Positions 25,691 through 39,403 of a stretch of DNA of 64,000 nt are shown here, piece after piece (position 1 is the stretch's first letter; each line of letters opens with the position of its first letter). A program made the translations under genes and the position numbers. The notes under the pieces were generated by a model that was given only the letters and a program-made list of their open reading frames with translations, was not told where the DNA came from and searched no databases. The stretch comes from Eledone cirrhosa (lineage: Eukaryota), in NCBI GenBank assembly GCA_964016885.1, contig OZ024746.1, positions 86,986,001-87,050,000 on the forward strand. The letters run 5' to 3'.

Positions 25691-26716
25691 CTAACTAATT
25701 TAAATATCTACCTGTTCATAGTAAATGGACAATATATATATTCTAACTGGATTAAGCATCTGATTGATATACAATTGTACTCTACAATAATCTACAATTT
25801 TTATTATCAGAGAATTGAATGAAAGAGATATCACTATTTTTCTCTGCTGTTGCCTGGTAATATCTATTTGAACATAAAATAATGATTTCTGGAATTCACA
25901 CCATGTTTTAATCTATAAATACTTTAATATTGCTGACAATATTATTCGTTTATTAATTTGAAAAAGTTGATACTGGTCACTTTAGATTCTAATCATTACT
26001 TTGTAAAGAATATGTTGTTTATAAATACCACCATAGTTCTGTTATGCAAACATCAATGAAATCGTAATGAATGTGGCTTACTTTACAAGAATAGGTAAAA
26101 TAAAGACATACAGCACTTGATGCAGCAGAATGCCTATTGGATATTACAACATTCCTCAAATAAGGAACATTGTGTATTGAAAAGTACTTAATCAGATTTT
26201 ACTATTTTATTTCTTTACATATTAATACATTCATACAAGAAGTATACCTGGAATATAATTGGTTTAAGGATTACGTTTCTGGGGCCGACCCAATTACTAA
26301 TCCGATTCTCTTTTCACCAGGGCTTTAAAAGCATTTTTATGTTAAAAAGCAACTTTGTTAACATTATCGGTTTCTGTAAACATTTTGTATTGTATTCAAA
26401 TCGTAGTATACGTAATAATATATAATACTCATATCATTGGGAGTTGATGATGTTGTTTAGCTGTAGATAAAACTTCGTGAAGCAGACGTATCAACAAAGT
26501 ATTTTTGTAGATACACAGCATCTAGAAATACTTTATTTAATATGACCTATTTTATATTATGATTCGAGGAATATTTTAGCAGATATGCTAATTGTCTGTT
26601 TGTTCCACCGCTGAGACGTTCGAATAAGTATTATCGTTTCAAGGGATACAATGTTGATAAACTAGTAACCTTAAAAGGCGGGTAAATGCATGATTACATC
26701 TTTTGATAAAATGTAA

Positions 26717-26922
26717 CCCTTTAGCATTTACATTACTCTATATGTACGATTGTATTTTTGTGGTAAAAAGCTTTATCTACATAATTATCTCAATATGAAA
26801 TCTATGAGATTTTGATGTTATTTATTTTGAGAACAATACGTTAATATCAGTATGAGCGGCCGCGTACAGCCAGTTTGATAAGAAAGAAGTGAGACAATAT
26901 GACCTGTTAAAATGCTAAAGGG
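26717..26922. mobile_element. piggyBac-like MITE (second copy 31118-31323)
   Basis: TIR ccctttagcattt/aaatgctaaaggg, flanked by degenerate TTAA; internal homology between the two copies. Confidence 0.75.
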
Positions 26923-28268
26923 TTACAATAATCAAATAAGTATTTGGATTATTTTTCACAATATAATCGACGAAGGAATTTTCGGATATACTCTTTAAAA
27001 AATCTCTCCACGTCTAGTCAACTAGAATCAATTTACAACAACGTAAGTAGACTGCTGTCTGAAATTCAACATCTTTCCTGAGAATAATGAATCGTAACAA
27101 ACATTTTATCGGTCAATTTTGAATTAGAATACGCAGAAGATAGAAAAATAATAAAAAATATTATTCTGGGTGAATAATTAATAATTATATTACAAAAGTC
27201 TATAAGTTTCTATGTTTTTTGTGGATAATACATATGAAAGGACGTAAATGACTTTGAGAAAGTTTTATTCGAGAGAATCAATATCACTCAAACAGCTGTA
27301 GCTTAAGTAATGTGAATATAGTGGTCAGAACACATAATCAATGGAGACAACCACTTAAGTGAATTTTACTACAATAACAGCATATTATCACGTCTAGCTT
27401 GGGTCATAATGTAAATAGCTAAGTAAGAATTAAATGTAGATAGAAGTTAGTGGAAAATATCTTGCTGATAGAAATCAATTCGTTTGACTTAATCGATTTT
27501 TTCCTCCTTGAGTTTTAGATTGATAGGAAGCAAAGCGTCTGCACTTGGAATAGAAACACGAGCTGTCTTATTAGCTTGTAAAGGCATACTTAAAAATATA
27601 AATAAAATTGACAAGAGATACAGAACCTGTTGGAACAGTATACAATGAAATGCATTGTGGCAAATAATATGAACAGATATCTTATTTTTATGTAACTAAC
27701 TGGAAGTGCTTAAACTAACAGAGGTTTTGTATTGTGGTTTGAAACAGTTCCTCGTGCTACTCTGCCTGTGTAGTTAAAACTTATATTAACTTTGTCTTTG
27801 TCGTAAACTGTAAATCATACGAGTGAAAGCAAATTTATAACAACACCAAGAAAATCTTATATAGATTATAGCCATATTATATGTATGAATTTGCGTTTTG
27901 ATGTACGATGTGTAATAAATCATGTTATGTTCAAAACCTCACTTCTATTAAATCGCCGACGTCAGGCAGCACAATTTTTTCGATTATTAATCTAAGTTAA
28001 ATAGCTGTTTCATGTAATATTGTATATAATTATCATATTTATGTCGTCAGAAGTAGGACTTTGAATTCAGTTGTACCTTGCAAATAAACTCGACAAATTC
28101 TATAATTACTTACAAAAATGAATTTGATTGCGGCTGATTCAGTTAATCTCGCCAGACAATAAAAAATACATTTATCAGACATAAATTACCACCAAATAAA
28201 TCTCAGCAACCTGTGTTTGACTCGAAATAAAGTTAAGATATGGTCTACCATTTAAGCTTTACTTTTTA

Positions 28269-28890
28269 CTAGCTGACGTACCCAGCTTCGCCCGGGTAAA
28301 CAGATGATAAGAGAAAGACAGGTAAAAGAGAAAATGACTGTATTGGATGTTTGTCTGGTTACAGTATGAGGCGAGTCCGTTGTGTCTGTGTGATACAAAA
28401 AACAGTAAAAAAAAGCTTCCAGATATACCAGATTCTTTGTTGTACCGTTTTTGCATAGTATATGAATAATTCTAGGTGCTCCCACCTAGAATAGTGACCT
28501 GTAGGAGATGGTTCATCTTCTGCCTGACTGTAAAACGTGTATCATTGCATAGACGTGGTTGTTCCACGTTTCTCAAAAGGATGATGGAAGTTCCAATCTT
28601 TTAAATTATATGTAGATATAGATATAGATAATTAATATAAAAATGATGCTCAGCCAGTTCGTCTTCAACGATCGCAGCACGCCGTCGCTGCTTGGCTCCA
28701 GTGTTTCGTTGGCGTTGTTCAGCCAGCTCCTCTTCATTCATGGCGGCACGTCTTCGCCTCTGAAGTTCGCCGTTCCGATGGCGCTGTTCGGCCCATTTTT
28801 CTTCATTCCTGGCTGCACGCCCTCGCCGCTGTAGTTCACTGTTTGATAAAGTCGAATTGCTTTTATTATCAATATTCATTTCGAGCAATT
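28269..28890 (-). mobile_element. Internally deleted Helitron (RepHel remnants)
   Basis: Minus strand shows 23-aa STPR-like repeats (28640-28850) and a Pif1 segment KIGTSIILLRNVEQPRLCNDTRFTVRQKMNHLLQVTIL (28485-28600). This is fused to the C-terminal VGAPRIIHILCKNGTTKNLVYLEA. The 3' hairpin cccgggcgaagctggg is followed by CTAG|T at 28269. The 5' end is undefined and may extend to ~29500. Confidence 0.88.
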
Positions 28891-29960
28891 GTCAAAAAAT
28901 GACACAATAATAAATATAAAAGATGTCCGTCAATGTAAAAAAAAGTCCCTATTTACTCCCTTCACAACTGTGTGTATGTTAGACTACGAGACAGGCACAT
29001 AGACAGATAAACTGCATGGCGATTGTGGAACGCCCCACGTACACACACATACACGCATGGAAACGCACACACGCACGCAAACTTACACACCCACCCGTAC
29101 ACTTACACACACTTACACACTCACAAATGTTGATAGTTTTTACTTTCTGTGGAACGCTGCACGCACGCACACACACATAAACATACGCGCACGTATATAC
29201 ACATGCACACATGGTAATAGTTACAGCGTTCACTTTGCCTCTCTGTTTCTTACTCTCCCCTCTCAATCCTCATTGGCATTAAGCGTATTAATTTAAGTTT
29301 GGCGCCGTTGAGGTGGGCGGAGTCGTTTGAAACCTATGAACCAATGATAATCGAGAATTATGACACACGGAATACTGACGTTCTTGAAATTAATATATAT
29401 ATGATAGCTACAGACGTGATAATGTGTGTTGCAAGTATGTGATCGCATTGATTGAATATAATATACCATTAATGCAAGTTGTAAATTTATGACGCAGGCG
29501 TCATAAGACAAAAAGTGCAGAAGCAAACAATTATCTGGTGTGTTGGATCAACTATTTCCTGACAGATCTCTTTACCAAAGCCAAGAAAATTCACAGTGTT
29601 TCCATAATATGTGGGATGTAAGAAATTTCCCTTCTAAATGATGAGAGACGTAATGTCTACGCAACCAACATACTACATGCCACGTAGGCAATCAGGTTGC
29701 CGTGAAATCAATGCGTTTATAACCCTCATTGTGACATTAGGGATTTGGAGGAGCGCTCGTATTTTCAAATCAAATTGAAATTAAGATCTTTCAAAACCTC
29801 CTAATTATTAAGATTATGCTACCTTAGAAAAAAACAATTTCATGTAGGCTTATTTTTGAGGGTTCTGCCTAAAATATACGGCAATACGGGCGTCTCCTAC
29901 GGCACGGAGTTGGCAATATATCTAGTTGACGATAAAACATCTCATCGCCCTCCCTCTCTT

Positions 29961-29993
<33 letters not shown>

Positions 29994-31369
29994 GTTAAGA
30001 TCTCACACATGTAATGCAGTTACTGTTTAAAAACATTCACCATGAGTTACAAAAAGAAAAAAAAAGAAACCTAGACTAGATGAATATAATTCGATTGAAA
30101 ATTGAAATAACATAAATAACAGCAGCCGATCGAAATTTTAGGATAATATATAAATGCCGACTGGATGGTTAATACATAATTAAACTGAAATAGTTCTGTG
30201 CCTTCACTGTGGAATAAAGAAGTTCACTTAATTAGATTTACATCCCATGTGTGTTAGTCTTCTATTTTAAACTCAATACATTTTTATTTCCCAATAGTTA
30301 TGCACACACACACTCCCACACACACATATATATATAATATATATTATATATATATAATATATATATATATATTATTCATATATATAATATATATATATAT
30401 TATATATATATATATATAATACACACACACATATGTGTGTGTATATGTGTGTAACAATGGAAGAAAATCCAAGATTAAGGGATTTAAGGTATTTTATTTA
30501 TCGTACACGTTTTTCAACAAAATGCGAGAAGCTTAAGTTCTACAATTAATATATAGAGATGTGTTTCTACATTAATATCTGGGCATTGACTCGATAAATC
30601 ATTTTTATTAATCATTTATGTCACTCAATACTCTATCGTGAGTAACTTGATAATCTTAGAATAAATAAGTAAGAGGAAAATAAAATACACATATCCATGA
30701 GCAACGTCAGAATATCTGAAAAAAAAAAGGAAAAACAAAACATTACTCAAATTGATGTTATAAAAGGCCGCTAAGCTTTGAATGACGACAACCTCATATT
30801 ACTTAAGTGAAAGACCAGATTAAGAAATAAAAAAAAGAAGAGAATATATTACTTAATATTCAATACATTAATTTCTAATTTAAGCAAATTTGGGCGATGG
30901 TCAAATTTGATTAAATCAACACAACCACACGCTCGTTACGTTTATTTATCGGCAGCATGTAATTCAAATATGACATTTGCTGGATAATAATATGAATGTT
31001 AAAATCAAGAACAATTAGCGTAAAGGAATTCTATCCAATGACATACCATTTCTGCAAGACCTCCACCCTTAGATTATAAATAGTATTTAAGAATGATAAA
31101 CATGCATAGAAGATTGACCCTTTAGCATTTGCATTACTCTATATTTTTGCGGTAAAAGTTTTACCTCACATAATTAGCTCACATAACACCGAATCTGTGG
31201 GATTTTGATATTATTTATTTTGTGAACAGTACCTTAACATTTGTATGCGAGGCGGGTTACAGTCGGTTTGAACAGAAAGAGGTGAGAGAATTCTGGCTGA
31301 ATACAGCGGGTTTAAATGCTAAGTTAATAACATCGTGAATTAAAATATAGCAAGCTAAATAATAATAAT

Positions 31370-31580
31370 AATGTGTCTACTCTACTCACAATGATAACAA
31401 TTGCACCAGTGTATTACTGGTGCTTTATTTTATCGACACTGTAAGGATGTGAGGCAAAGTTAGCCTCGGCGGGATTTGAACTCAGAAATTCGCCGTAGTT
31501 AACTTTACCTTTCATCCTTACGTGGTCGATAACATAAAGCACCAGTAATGCACTGGGGTAATTGGTGGCATTGTGCCAAT
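31370..31580. mobile_element. Inverted pair of 5'-truncated SINEs (31370-31485 -, 31486-31580 +)
   Basis: Meta-domain cores in opposite orientation, joined at the B-box region. Confidence 0.8.
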
Positions 31581-32069
31581 ATATAAATATATATATATAT
31601 TTATTAGTTAAGCAAAACAAGACCACAAACTTCACAAGGAAGACATTATTAAAAGATTGTCAACAATTTTAGTTTGATGTAAGGAATGTAGAGAATAATA
31701 ATAATGTCCGTTTACAATTGTTTCGCTACTCCATATAATATTTCTGGATCAGATGAGTATATATCATAATTGATCTGGTTCAGTTGAAAATAATTAACAT
31801 ATTTAAAAAAACAGAGTGGCTCATCGGAACTCAAAGGAATATAAATTAAAATAATGTTACATAATATAATGTTCCATATATTGGTTTTTACTACGGTGTC
31901 TTGGTTGCATCAGCTGTCAGCCATAATCAAGCAGTATTCATCTGTCGAGGCTGCATTGTGTGAGATGTGCCTATGGGTAACATATATAAATATAAAAATA
32001 TATATATATATAGTGAAATGCATGGTTTAATAAGTGTATCGTTGAATATTGTGGTAAAACATGTTAATG

Positions 32070-33900
32070 ATATATAGATTATATACGTACATCATTTGAA
32101 TCGATTCGAATTTATTGAATGTAGTATTCAAAGTGAGGTCAGGCAAATTCAGAGATGGGAAGGCAATGGTCCGAATATTCCTAAACACGAATGTTTTAAG
32201 AATGCAGGAAAATATACTGCGAGCCAAATAATTTTTGTTTGTGTCGGTACCCTAGTACATGTTGACCACAATTATCCAAGGTCTTTGTTGAATGTCACGA
32301 GGGTTTCCCCAAGCGAAGAGGATATCGTACTTTAAGTGCAGCCTGTTTTCCAAAGTGGATTAGATCAAATTTATCCGGAGCTCGGAATCATCTTCCGAAG
32401 ACTCTTGTGTAGCTGTGCTTGGTGACGTTATTGATGTAAATAATTGTTTCTACTTTTGGCACAAGGCCAGCCATTATCTCAGTGTATTACTGGTACTTTA
32501 TTTTATCGAACCCGTAAGGATGAAAGGCAAAGTTAACCTCGGCGAGATTTGAACTCAGACCATAAAAGGCCATAACACTTTGCTGCAAATCATGGCGTCC
32601 AACCGCATATCGATGCTGCCAATCCACCGCCCTTTACTGATGTAAATAATTCTTTCTACTTTTGGCACAAAGGCCAGCAATTATCCCAGTGTATTACTGG
32701 TACTTTATTTTATCGACCCTGCAAGGATGAAATGCAAAGTTAACCTCGGCGGGATTTGAACTCAGACCATAAAGAGACGTAACTCTGTGCTGCAAAGCAT
32801 GGCGTCCGACCCTCTACCGATACTGCCAATCCACCGCCCTGATGTAAATAATTGTTTCTACTTTAGGCACAAGGCCAGCAATTACCCAGTGCATTACTGG
32901 TACTTTATTTTATCGACCCCGTAAGGATGAAAGGCAAAGTCAACCTCGGCGGGATTTGAACTCAGATCGTAAAGGGACGTAACTATGCTAGAAAGCATGG
33001 CGTCCAACCCTCCACCGATACTGCCAATCCACCGCCCTGATGTAAATAATGAAAGAAAAAGGGAACCCAACTTGTGAGACGCCACTACTGCCTTTGGTTG
33101 AGCATTATTGAATCCCTTCGACCACAAAATACTGGGCTCTGTTTACCAGGAAACACTCAATACAATGCAGTAGCTTACCAAAACACCACTGTTTGGATAG
33201 TTTCTCCAACATGATCCTATGATGAACTCTGTGAAATGCTTTTCTTAAAGCAAGGTACATAGCGTCTCCTTTGTAGGCGACTCTTGAAAGTTTTAGCAAG
33301 TCATCAAAGTGATGCAAACGCTACTGTAGGCAATCTCTGCCATCAGGGAACTCAAATGAGCTATTCGTGATAGCACTACCCTCTCAAATACGTTACTGTT
33401 ACGAGATATGGGTCAGATCGGACGGTATTTCAATGTAAGAGACATGTTTCCCTTTTTGAAATCGCGGAGAGAAAATGTTCATGTATATATCCAACGTTCA
33501 GTGAGCTTTTTCATGTACATGCTTGTGACCACATCGAGACCACTGTTAAAATATATATACAGTAGTGTCGTTCAATAGCGCTACGTTATCAGGTGCACCA
33601 AGCATTATGTTAGAAATAGTTTGTTGGAGGTTTACATCATTGATACAGCCCAGATCAGTCATATTATTATTGCTAAAAACAAGGGGTCCTCCTTCCACTC
33701 AGCGCCCCATTAAGTCGTTGTTTGTCTCGAAGCATTTAACAACTGAAGCAGAACCTACCTAATTAAGCTATATACAATTCGTTTCAAAATCCTGTTTTTT
33801 CAGGGAATTTCTCTGAATTTTGATGCCAGTTATCAATCATTTTTCAGACCAGCGAAGACTATGCTTTTTAGAGACGATCTTTACTCGCATCTTTCCAGTC
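32070..33900 (-). pseudogene. Decayed CR1-clade LINE ORF2 (RT), interrupted by three SINEs
   Basis: GDAMYLALRKAFHRVHHRIMLEKL...GKLLHCIECFLVNRAQYFVVEG (33105-33317). It resumes left of the SINEs as IIYINNVTKHSYTRVF...FDLIHFGK, homologous to 57721-58845. Confidence 0.85.
32445..33037 (-). mobile_element. Three tandem full-length SINEs sharing a 13-bp target duplication
   Basis: tgatgtaaataat at 32432, 32638, 32840 and 33038. Confidence 0.95.
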
Positions 33901-34244
33901 ACAGCACTGGTTTATGAGAAAAGTTTGTGAGAGCTAAAGTGTGAGGCGTTGTTCTATTTGGTCAAGTAGTTAACTACTGTTGGTCCAATGTTATTTTTTC
34001 GTCCGACAGTAGCCCGCTTAGGTCACATATAACCTCCATTTATCTTGCCCGTATCGATATCCACCACTTGCAACCCGTTCTCCAGAATAACAACTCTGAC
34101 ACGAATCTTTTTTTTTAAATCAGAATATTCAAACACAAAATTCTACACGTTATTCAGGTAAAGTCAAGACATCCAAACGACTCGCATAACATTTATTCAT
34201 ATATATGAAGTGTTCATATTATTGCTATTTTCCTTTTGCGACAG

Positions 34245-34409
34245 AAGCAGAGGAAGGAGGACTAGCGTTAATGGCTATTGTTTAGGACATCCAAAGCAGG
34301 ATCGGGAAAGAAAAGAAGCGTTAATTTTACAGGAGGAATGTTCAAATATTTGCCACAGACTGAACTCCTTTAGACGGCCGCAAATAATATCCAGAAATGA
34401 GGAAACCTG
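34245..34409 (+). other. Candidate 165-bp symmetric coding exon of an unidentified host gene
   Basis: Acceptor ttttccttttgcgacag, donor CTG|gtaagg, open frame SRGRRTSVNGYCLGHPKQDRERKEALILQEECSNICHRLNSFRRPQIISRNEET. No homology recognised. Confidence 0.3.
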
Positions 34410-35539
34410 GTAAGGCATTATGTCTACGTATTTAGGTGATCATATGAAGATGGTGTGGATTGTTTGAAGCCACTAACAGAGATCTGCTTCTACAATATTA
34501 CTGACCGTATCTATTTTCCTTTGAGTACAACATTTCTAAACTCATATTCACAAATAATTCTTTGCTGTATATATAATCAATTCCATATGCAAAGTCCAAT
34601 AGCCGGAGGCATCCACTGTCTGTCTGAATGATTCTGAAATAGAATTCCACCACCCTTACCTTATATATTGTAACAGTTCCATTGTGCTTCATCTTTTCCA
34701 CCACACTTCATATTTTGAAAACGCAGCAGTCTATGCCATTATTACTATCACTCACCTTTTCATCCTATCTGATATGTAATTCTATGTATATGCTATATAT
34801 ATGAAAAACAAGACACACAAAAAGTGTGTGTGCAAAAATAAAGCCACAAAAATGAAGAGATAGCCAGACAGAAGAGAATGAGCTTGTGAGAGGAAGTGGG
34901 AGACGAAGAAAAGAAACTATCATTTCCCCTAGCATACATTAGTTTATCTTATTCATGTCTTAGAGCAGAATCGATATGCTGAACTGCTAATATTCGTTAC
35001 TGAATTGTCATTGCTTATTATGATATTTTCAGCAACATCTTTAGCTCGAAGACAGAAGCTTTTAGATTATCTCAAGGGAAATGTCTGTGGCTGTTGTATT
35101 TTAAAATATATATGCAACTTTACTCACCAAAGTACACAAATATATTCAAAACTCGATATACATACATGCATACATAATTACATATAGAGCTACACACACA
35201 CGCAGACACACACATACACACATACACACACACGCCCAGGCACACACACATATGTATAATATTAATCAACTCATAGAAAACACGTCCATGAGCAGGTTTC
35301 GCAATTTATAAATCTCTTTGCTCACATGCATTCAAGTTAGAATCAGTAAATTTGTTATACCATTTAAAGATACCAAAATAAATTCATCTCGTCTAAACTA
35401 TTCTATAAAAGAGCTATATTTCTTTTAATATTGTAACATTAAAATAATAAATCTTTCATTGTATCATCCTTTATACAATAAGCAAAACACATACACCCAA
35501 ACGCGAAGACGGAGACAAAAATAAATAGATAAAATAAAA

Positions 35540-35914
<375 letters not shown>

Positions 35915-36103
35915 GTATATATATATAATAGGGATTTAGAGTAATACAATGCTAAAAGCATACAGCCATTGCAATTATTCCGAACTTGCCGGTCAGAAAT
36001 TCAACAAAAAACTGCTCATAAAGCAGGACTCTGTTTCATTTTTATTCAATAATAGGAAACTAACCTCGAAAAGTTACTCAATATTAGTGAATATGTTGAA
36101 AAG

Positions 36104-36209
36104 GCTCCGATGAGCTGGCTAGCTGTAGTTTTGTATTGGCGATCGAGTAGCGCGAAAGTGGGCGGATGGCGATCTCTGGACCTGCCAGTTCAGAGAAGCA
36201 GTTGTCAGC
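36104..36209 (+). ncRNA. Degenerate hammerhead motif with CCGATGA core
   Basis: gct CCGATGA gctggc...gccagt-tcaga GAAG cagttg TC agc; tail ends at (TA)n at 36266. Confidence 0.45.
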
Positions 36210-36262
36210 AATGAGATTGAGAACCTTTTTTGTATAACAAACCGTGTCGCTCTTCTTTCCTG

Positions 36263-36330
<68 letters not shown>

Positions 36331-36337
<7 letters not shown>

Positions 36338-36520
36338 GTAGACGGAAATAACACAATCGGTACAGTATATGGAAGGAATATATTAGGTTAACGCTTGAAA
36401 TAGCAGGAAGAGAGTCTTAATGTTTCGGATGATAGTCCTTCATTAGCACGAAGAATGATAAATTAGATTAATTGAAAAGATGGGTGGGGTGGAATTGGAA
36501 AAAATGTCTTTAGATAAAAA
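36331..36520 (-). mobile_element. PLE-like terminal fragment (family D; plus-strand copy at 60600-60775)
   Basis: Minus ctaatgaaggactatcatccgaaacattaag...ctgctatttcaagcgttaacctaatatattccttcc matches 60657-60775. Confidence 0.75.
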
Positions 36521-37936
36521 TAACAGGTCCATTCATATTGCCATCTCTTGGGATTCTTCAGGGTTTCCGTCTGGAAACATCAGTACAGAAATTACATGAT
36601 GTCATTGCGAGGGTAGTTTGAACTGAAAATGTTAAACAGATGTCTTTGTGCCTATAATATGATTTAATTGCTCGTGAATTTAAAGGTATGTCTACATCCA
36701 AATGTTATTTATCGACTCTTCACATATTCACTCGATCATTCCGCAACAGCCGCTAAAATGTCTCTAGGAAAGTCTTAATCCCTTTAAAAAGGATACATTG
36801 TATTATTTCATAGTAGACCTTGTTTGAAAAAATATAAACTGGTCGGTCACTGTAGTAATGCATATGACGATAGCTGTGCACTATCATGGTTAAACGTTGA
36901 CAGAACGTCATTAACATCATGTCATAAATATATCAAACATATCTTTATGATATTTTAGCTATTAATAATAGATTTTGTTTATTAATGATTCAGAATGAGA
37001 TTCAGAATGAGATGGCATCTCTTAAGCAGTTCCGAGAGGTGCCACGGAAAGAAAGTTTGTACGAATGTTTGCATACATGTGAGTGCTACTAATATCATCC
37101 AAAGTGTTGATCTAAAAGAATGGAACGGATTGTCTGAAACTGAGCAATATGGACATTCTGGCGAAGGAATGGTAGAAACGCAAAAAGTATGTGGTACTGC
37201 TGTAGGGTGATGCATATCAAGACATGTATTAAGTATTTTGTTATCAGAAACCTGGACCAAATGTTTGACAGAAAGGTTGACACTGAACAGAACAAACGAG
37301 GAAATGGTACTAGACTGAGCAACATTAATTATACTAACGCAAAATCATATATAGTTCGACATTGCAAATCGTGTAATTCTAGATTTCGTTTCGTGTTTTA
37401 AGTGGATTTAAATATCATGTGTTTGAACATTGCCAATAGTAAAATATTTGTTTTAATGAATGTAAAATCCGAGCGCTCTGTTACACATGAAGTCGCATCA
37501 ACTTATCTAAGCGAGACTATTTTGTCCTATATCATGATATTCGTGATGTTCCGCAACTTACATACAATATGATATGCATTCTCCCCATATTACCATACAT
37601 GTACGCTATTATATAAAGTCAACGTGCTGGCCGACTGTACTTGAGAATTTCAAGATTGTATGTCTAAATTGCAAAAATAGATCGATGAAGATTGCACCAG
37701 CGATTTACGTTAGTGCAAACATACTTAATGTTGGGGAATGTCGGCTACATTAAATATATTAACGATAAACCTAATTATTAATATCATTGAAGATGGTGTT
37801 TATTAATTTACCTAGTGGATGAAAAGAAGGTGTGAAAAATTATTAAGTGCGCACTTAATATTTATTAATTCAGAGGGAATATGTTTACGTTAGCACAATT
37901 CTTAACCTTATCTATCACACTATCTATCTACCAATC

Positions 37937-37975
<39 letters not shown>

Positions 37976-38191
37976 CTTATCTATTTAGTTATAAATCAGA
38001 AAAGTATAGCCTCGTTGAATTAAATTGTTAATTGTAACTAATTATATGATGTGATAACGAAAATATTTGACAGTAACTAATATCCCGACAAGTAAGAGAA
38101 ACGAATGTGAACTTGACGCTCTTTTATTAGGTTTCGTCCGTGGCGCATATTTATGCCTGTGTGTGTGCGATTGCTTAATTACCCATTTTTA

Positions 38192-38226
<35 letters not shown>

Positions 38227-38261
38227 TGAAGATTAGAATTCCTGCTTTGAAATAGCGATGT

Positions 38262-38499
38262 ATACATGAATGTATATATAGTATATTGGCAATATACTGT
38301 ATGCTTAATTAAAAACATTTTGAAGAGCTTACGCTATTGTTTTAACGTAGTGAGTATGTCACTTCTTTTTTCAACAAACCCTTTTGTTTGTTGAAAAAAG
38401 AAGTAAGTGACATAGTCACTACTTTAAAACAATAGCGTAAGGTCTTCAAAATATTTTTAATTAAGCATACAGTATATTGCCAAATATATTATATAAACA

Positions 38500-38508
<9 letters not shown>
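38262..38508. repeat. ~245-bp palindrome of the family C tail
   Basis: Arms 38262-38380 and 38387-38508 around loop cctttt; homologous to 20740-20855; flanked by (TA)n on both sides. Confidence 0.85.
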
Positions 38509-38551
<43 letters not shown>

Positions 38552-38558
<7 letters not shown>

Positions 38559-38840
38559 ATACTTTGGTCGGGTTATGTTGCTAATAAGAAACAAACGCAC
38601 CAGTTGCTTTCACTTCAAATTGTTATAAATTAAATTCATAAATTTAGGAATTTAAAAATTTCCGGTTGGTTGGTTGGTTCCACAACCAGACGATTGTTCA
38701 TATATTGTCGAAGTTCTTTCGTGAAGTGAAACATATGGTGCGTGTGTTTCTTATTGGCAACATGACCCTCCCAAAGTATAACAATATCGGTTTCAACACA
38801 CGTTCTCAGATAAAGAATCTTGCTAAACAAATTCAGAAAC
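38552..38840 (+). mobile_element. PLE-like tail with inverted duplication (38552-38616 vs 38722-38786)
   Basis: Imperfect inverted arms; the right part is related to 3805-3880; bounded by (TA)n on both sides. Confidence 0.6.
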
Positions 38841-39042
38841 GATATATATATATATTTATATTTATATATATTTATATATATATATATAGTTAATTTGTAT
38901 TCCAATGTTACTAAGTAGTTGCATTGGGTGTAGTCAACTGACGTCAGAGATTGCTCAACGTATAATAAAGTGTGTTTTAAAATCCGGAGAAAATATGGAG
39001 AAAAGATTTACGAAATGGAAATGCGGGTATATAGAATTTATT

Positions 39043-39159
39043 AGGTAACAATTGTTTCTATAGTGTATGAGTTACCTATACCTCGCTACTTGAATAATAC
39101 ACAAATATTATCAAAAACCGAAAGTACACTGTAAGCCAACACACCATGTCATCAGACCT
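39043..39159 (-). ncRNA. Type I hammerhead motif with long stem II
   Basis: Minus: aggt CTGATGA c-atggtgtgt...atacactat-a GAAA caattg TT acct. Palindromic stem III ACAATTGT. The partial duplicate at 39406-39460 has GUC. Confidence 0.75.
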
Positions 39160-39289
39160 TTGTATTAGAATGATATGAACATATTTTATACACTAGATAA
39201 AAGATAAAGAAGGAGGTAGGAAGAGAAGGGGAAGAGGGAAGTGAGTAAGGTGGAGGGAGTCTTAGGGTTTAAGACTGTCAGACCCCTCT

Positions 39290-39403
39290 AACTAAATTTT
39301 GTCCGAACAACACCACTAGAAGAATCTACTTCCCAGCCAACCTTAGCACGCCTCATTAAGCTAACTGCTGCCAACACATTCTCTCTTCACAATCTCTACT
39401 AGT
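39290..39403 (+). pseudogene. Short Penelope-like RT fragment
   Basis: QPTLARLIKLTAANTFSLHNLY resembles the PLE RT segment T..L.RL..LVLT.N.FSF...Y.Q. Confidence 0.4.

Noticed and set aside
29885-29930. Hairpin plus CTAGT as a second Helitron end; Helitron-like motif also at 11790-11960
   Set aside because: Short weak hairpin and no linked 5' end or coding remnant
32432-33050. Repeat-spacer pattern resembling a CRISPR array
   Set aside because: The spacers are homologous SINEs and the repeats are TSDs; eukaryotic context with no cas genes
36994-37078. Possible exon NEIQNEMASLKQFREVPRKESLYECLHT with a gtgagt donor
   Set aside because: Weak acceptor, and splicing to the 34245 candidate creates a stop; no homology recognised
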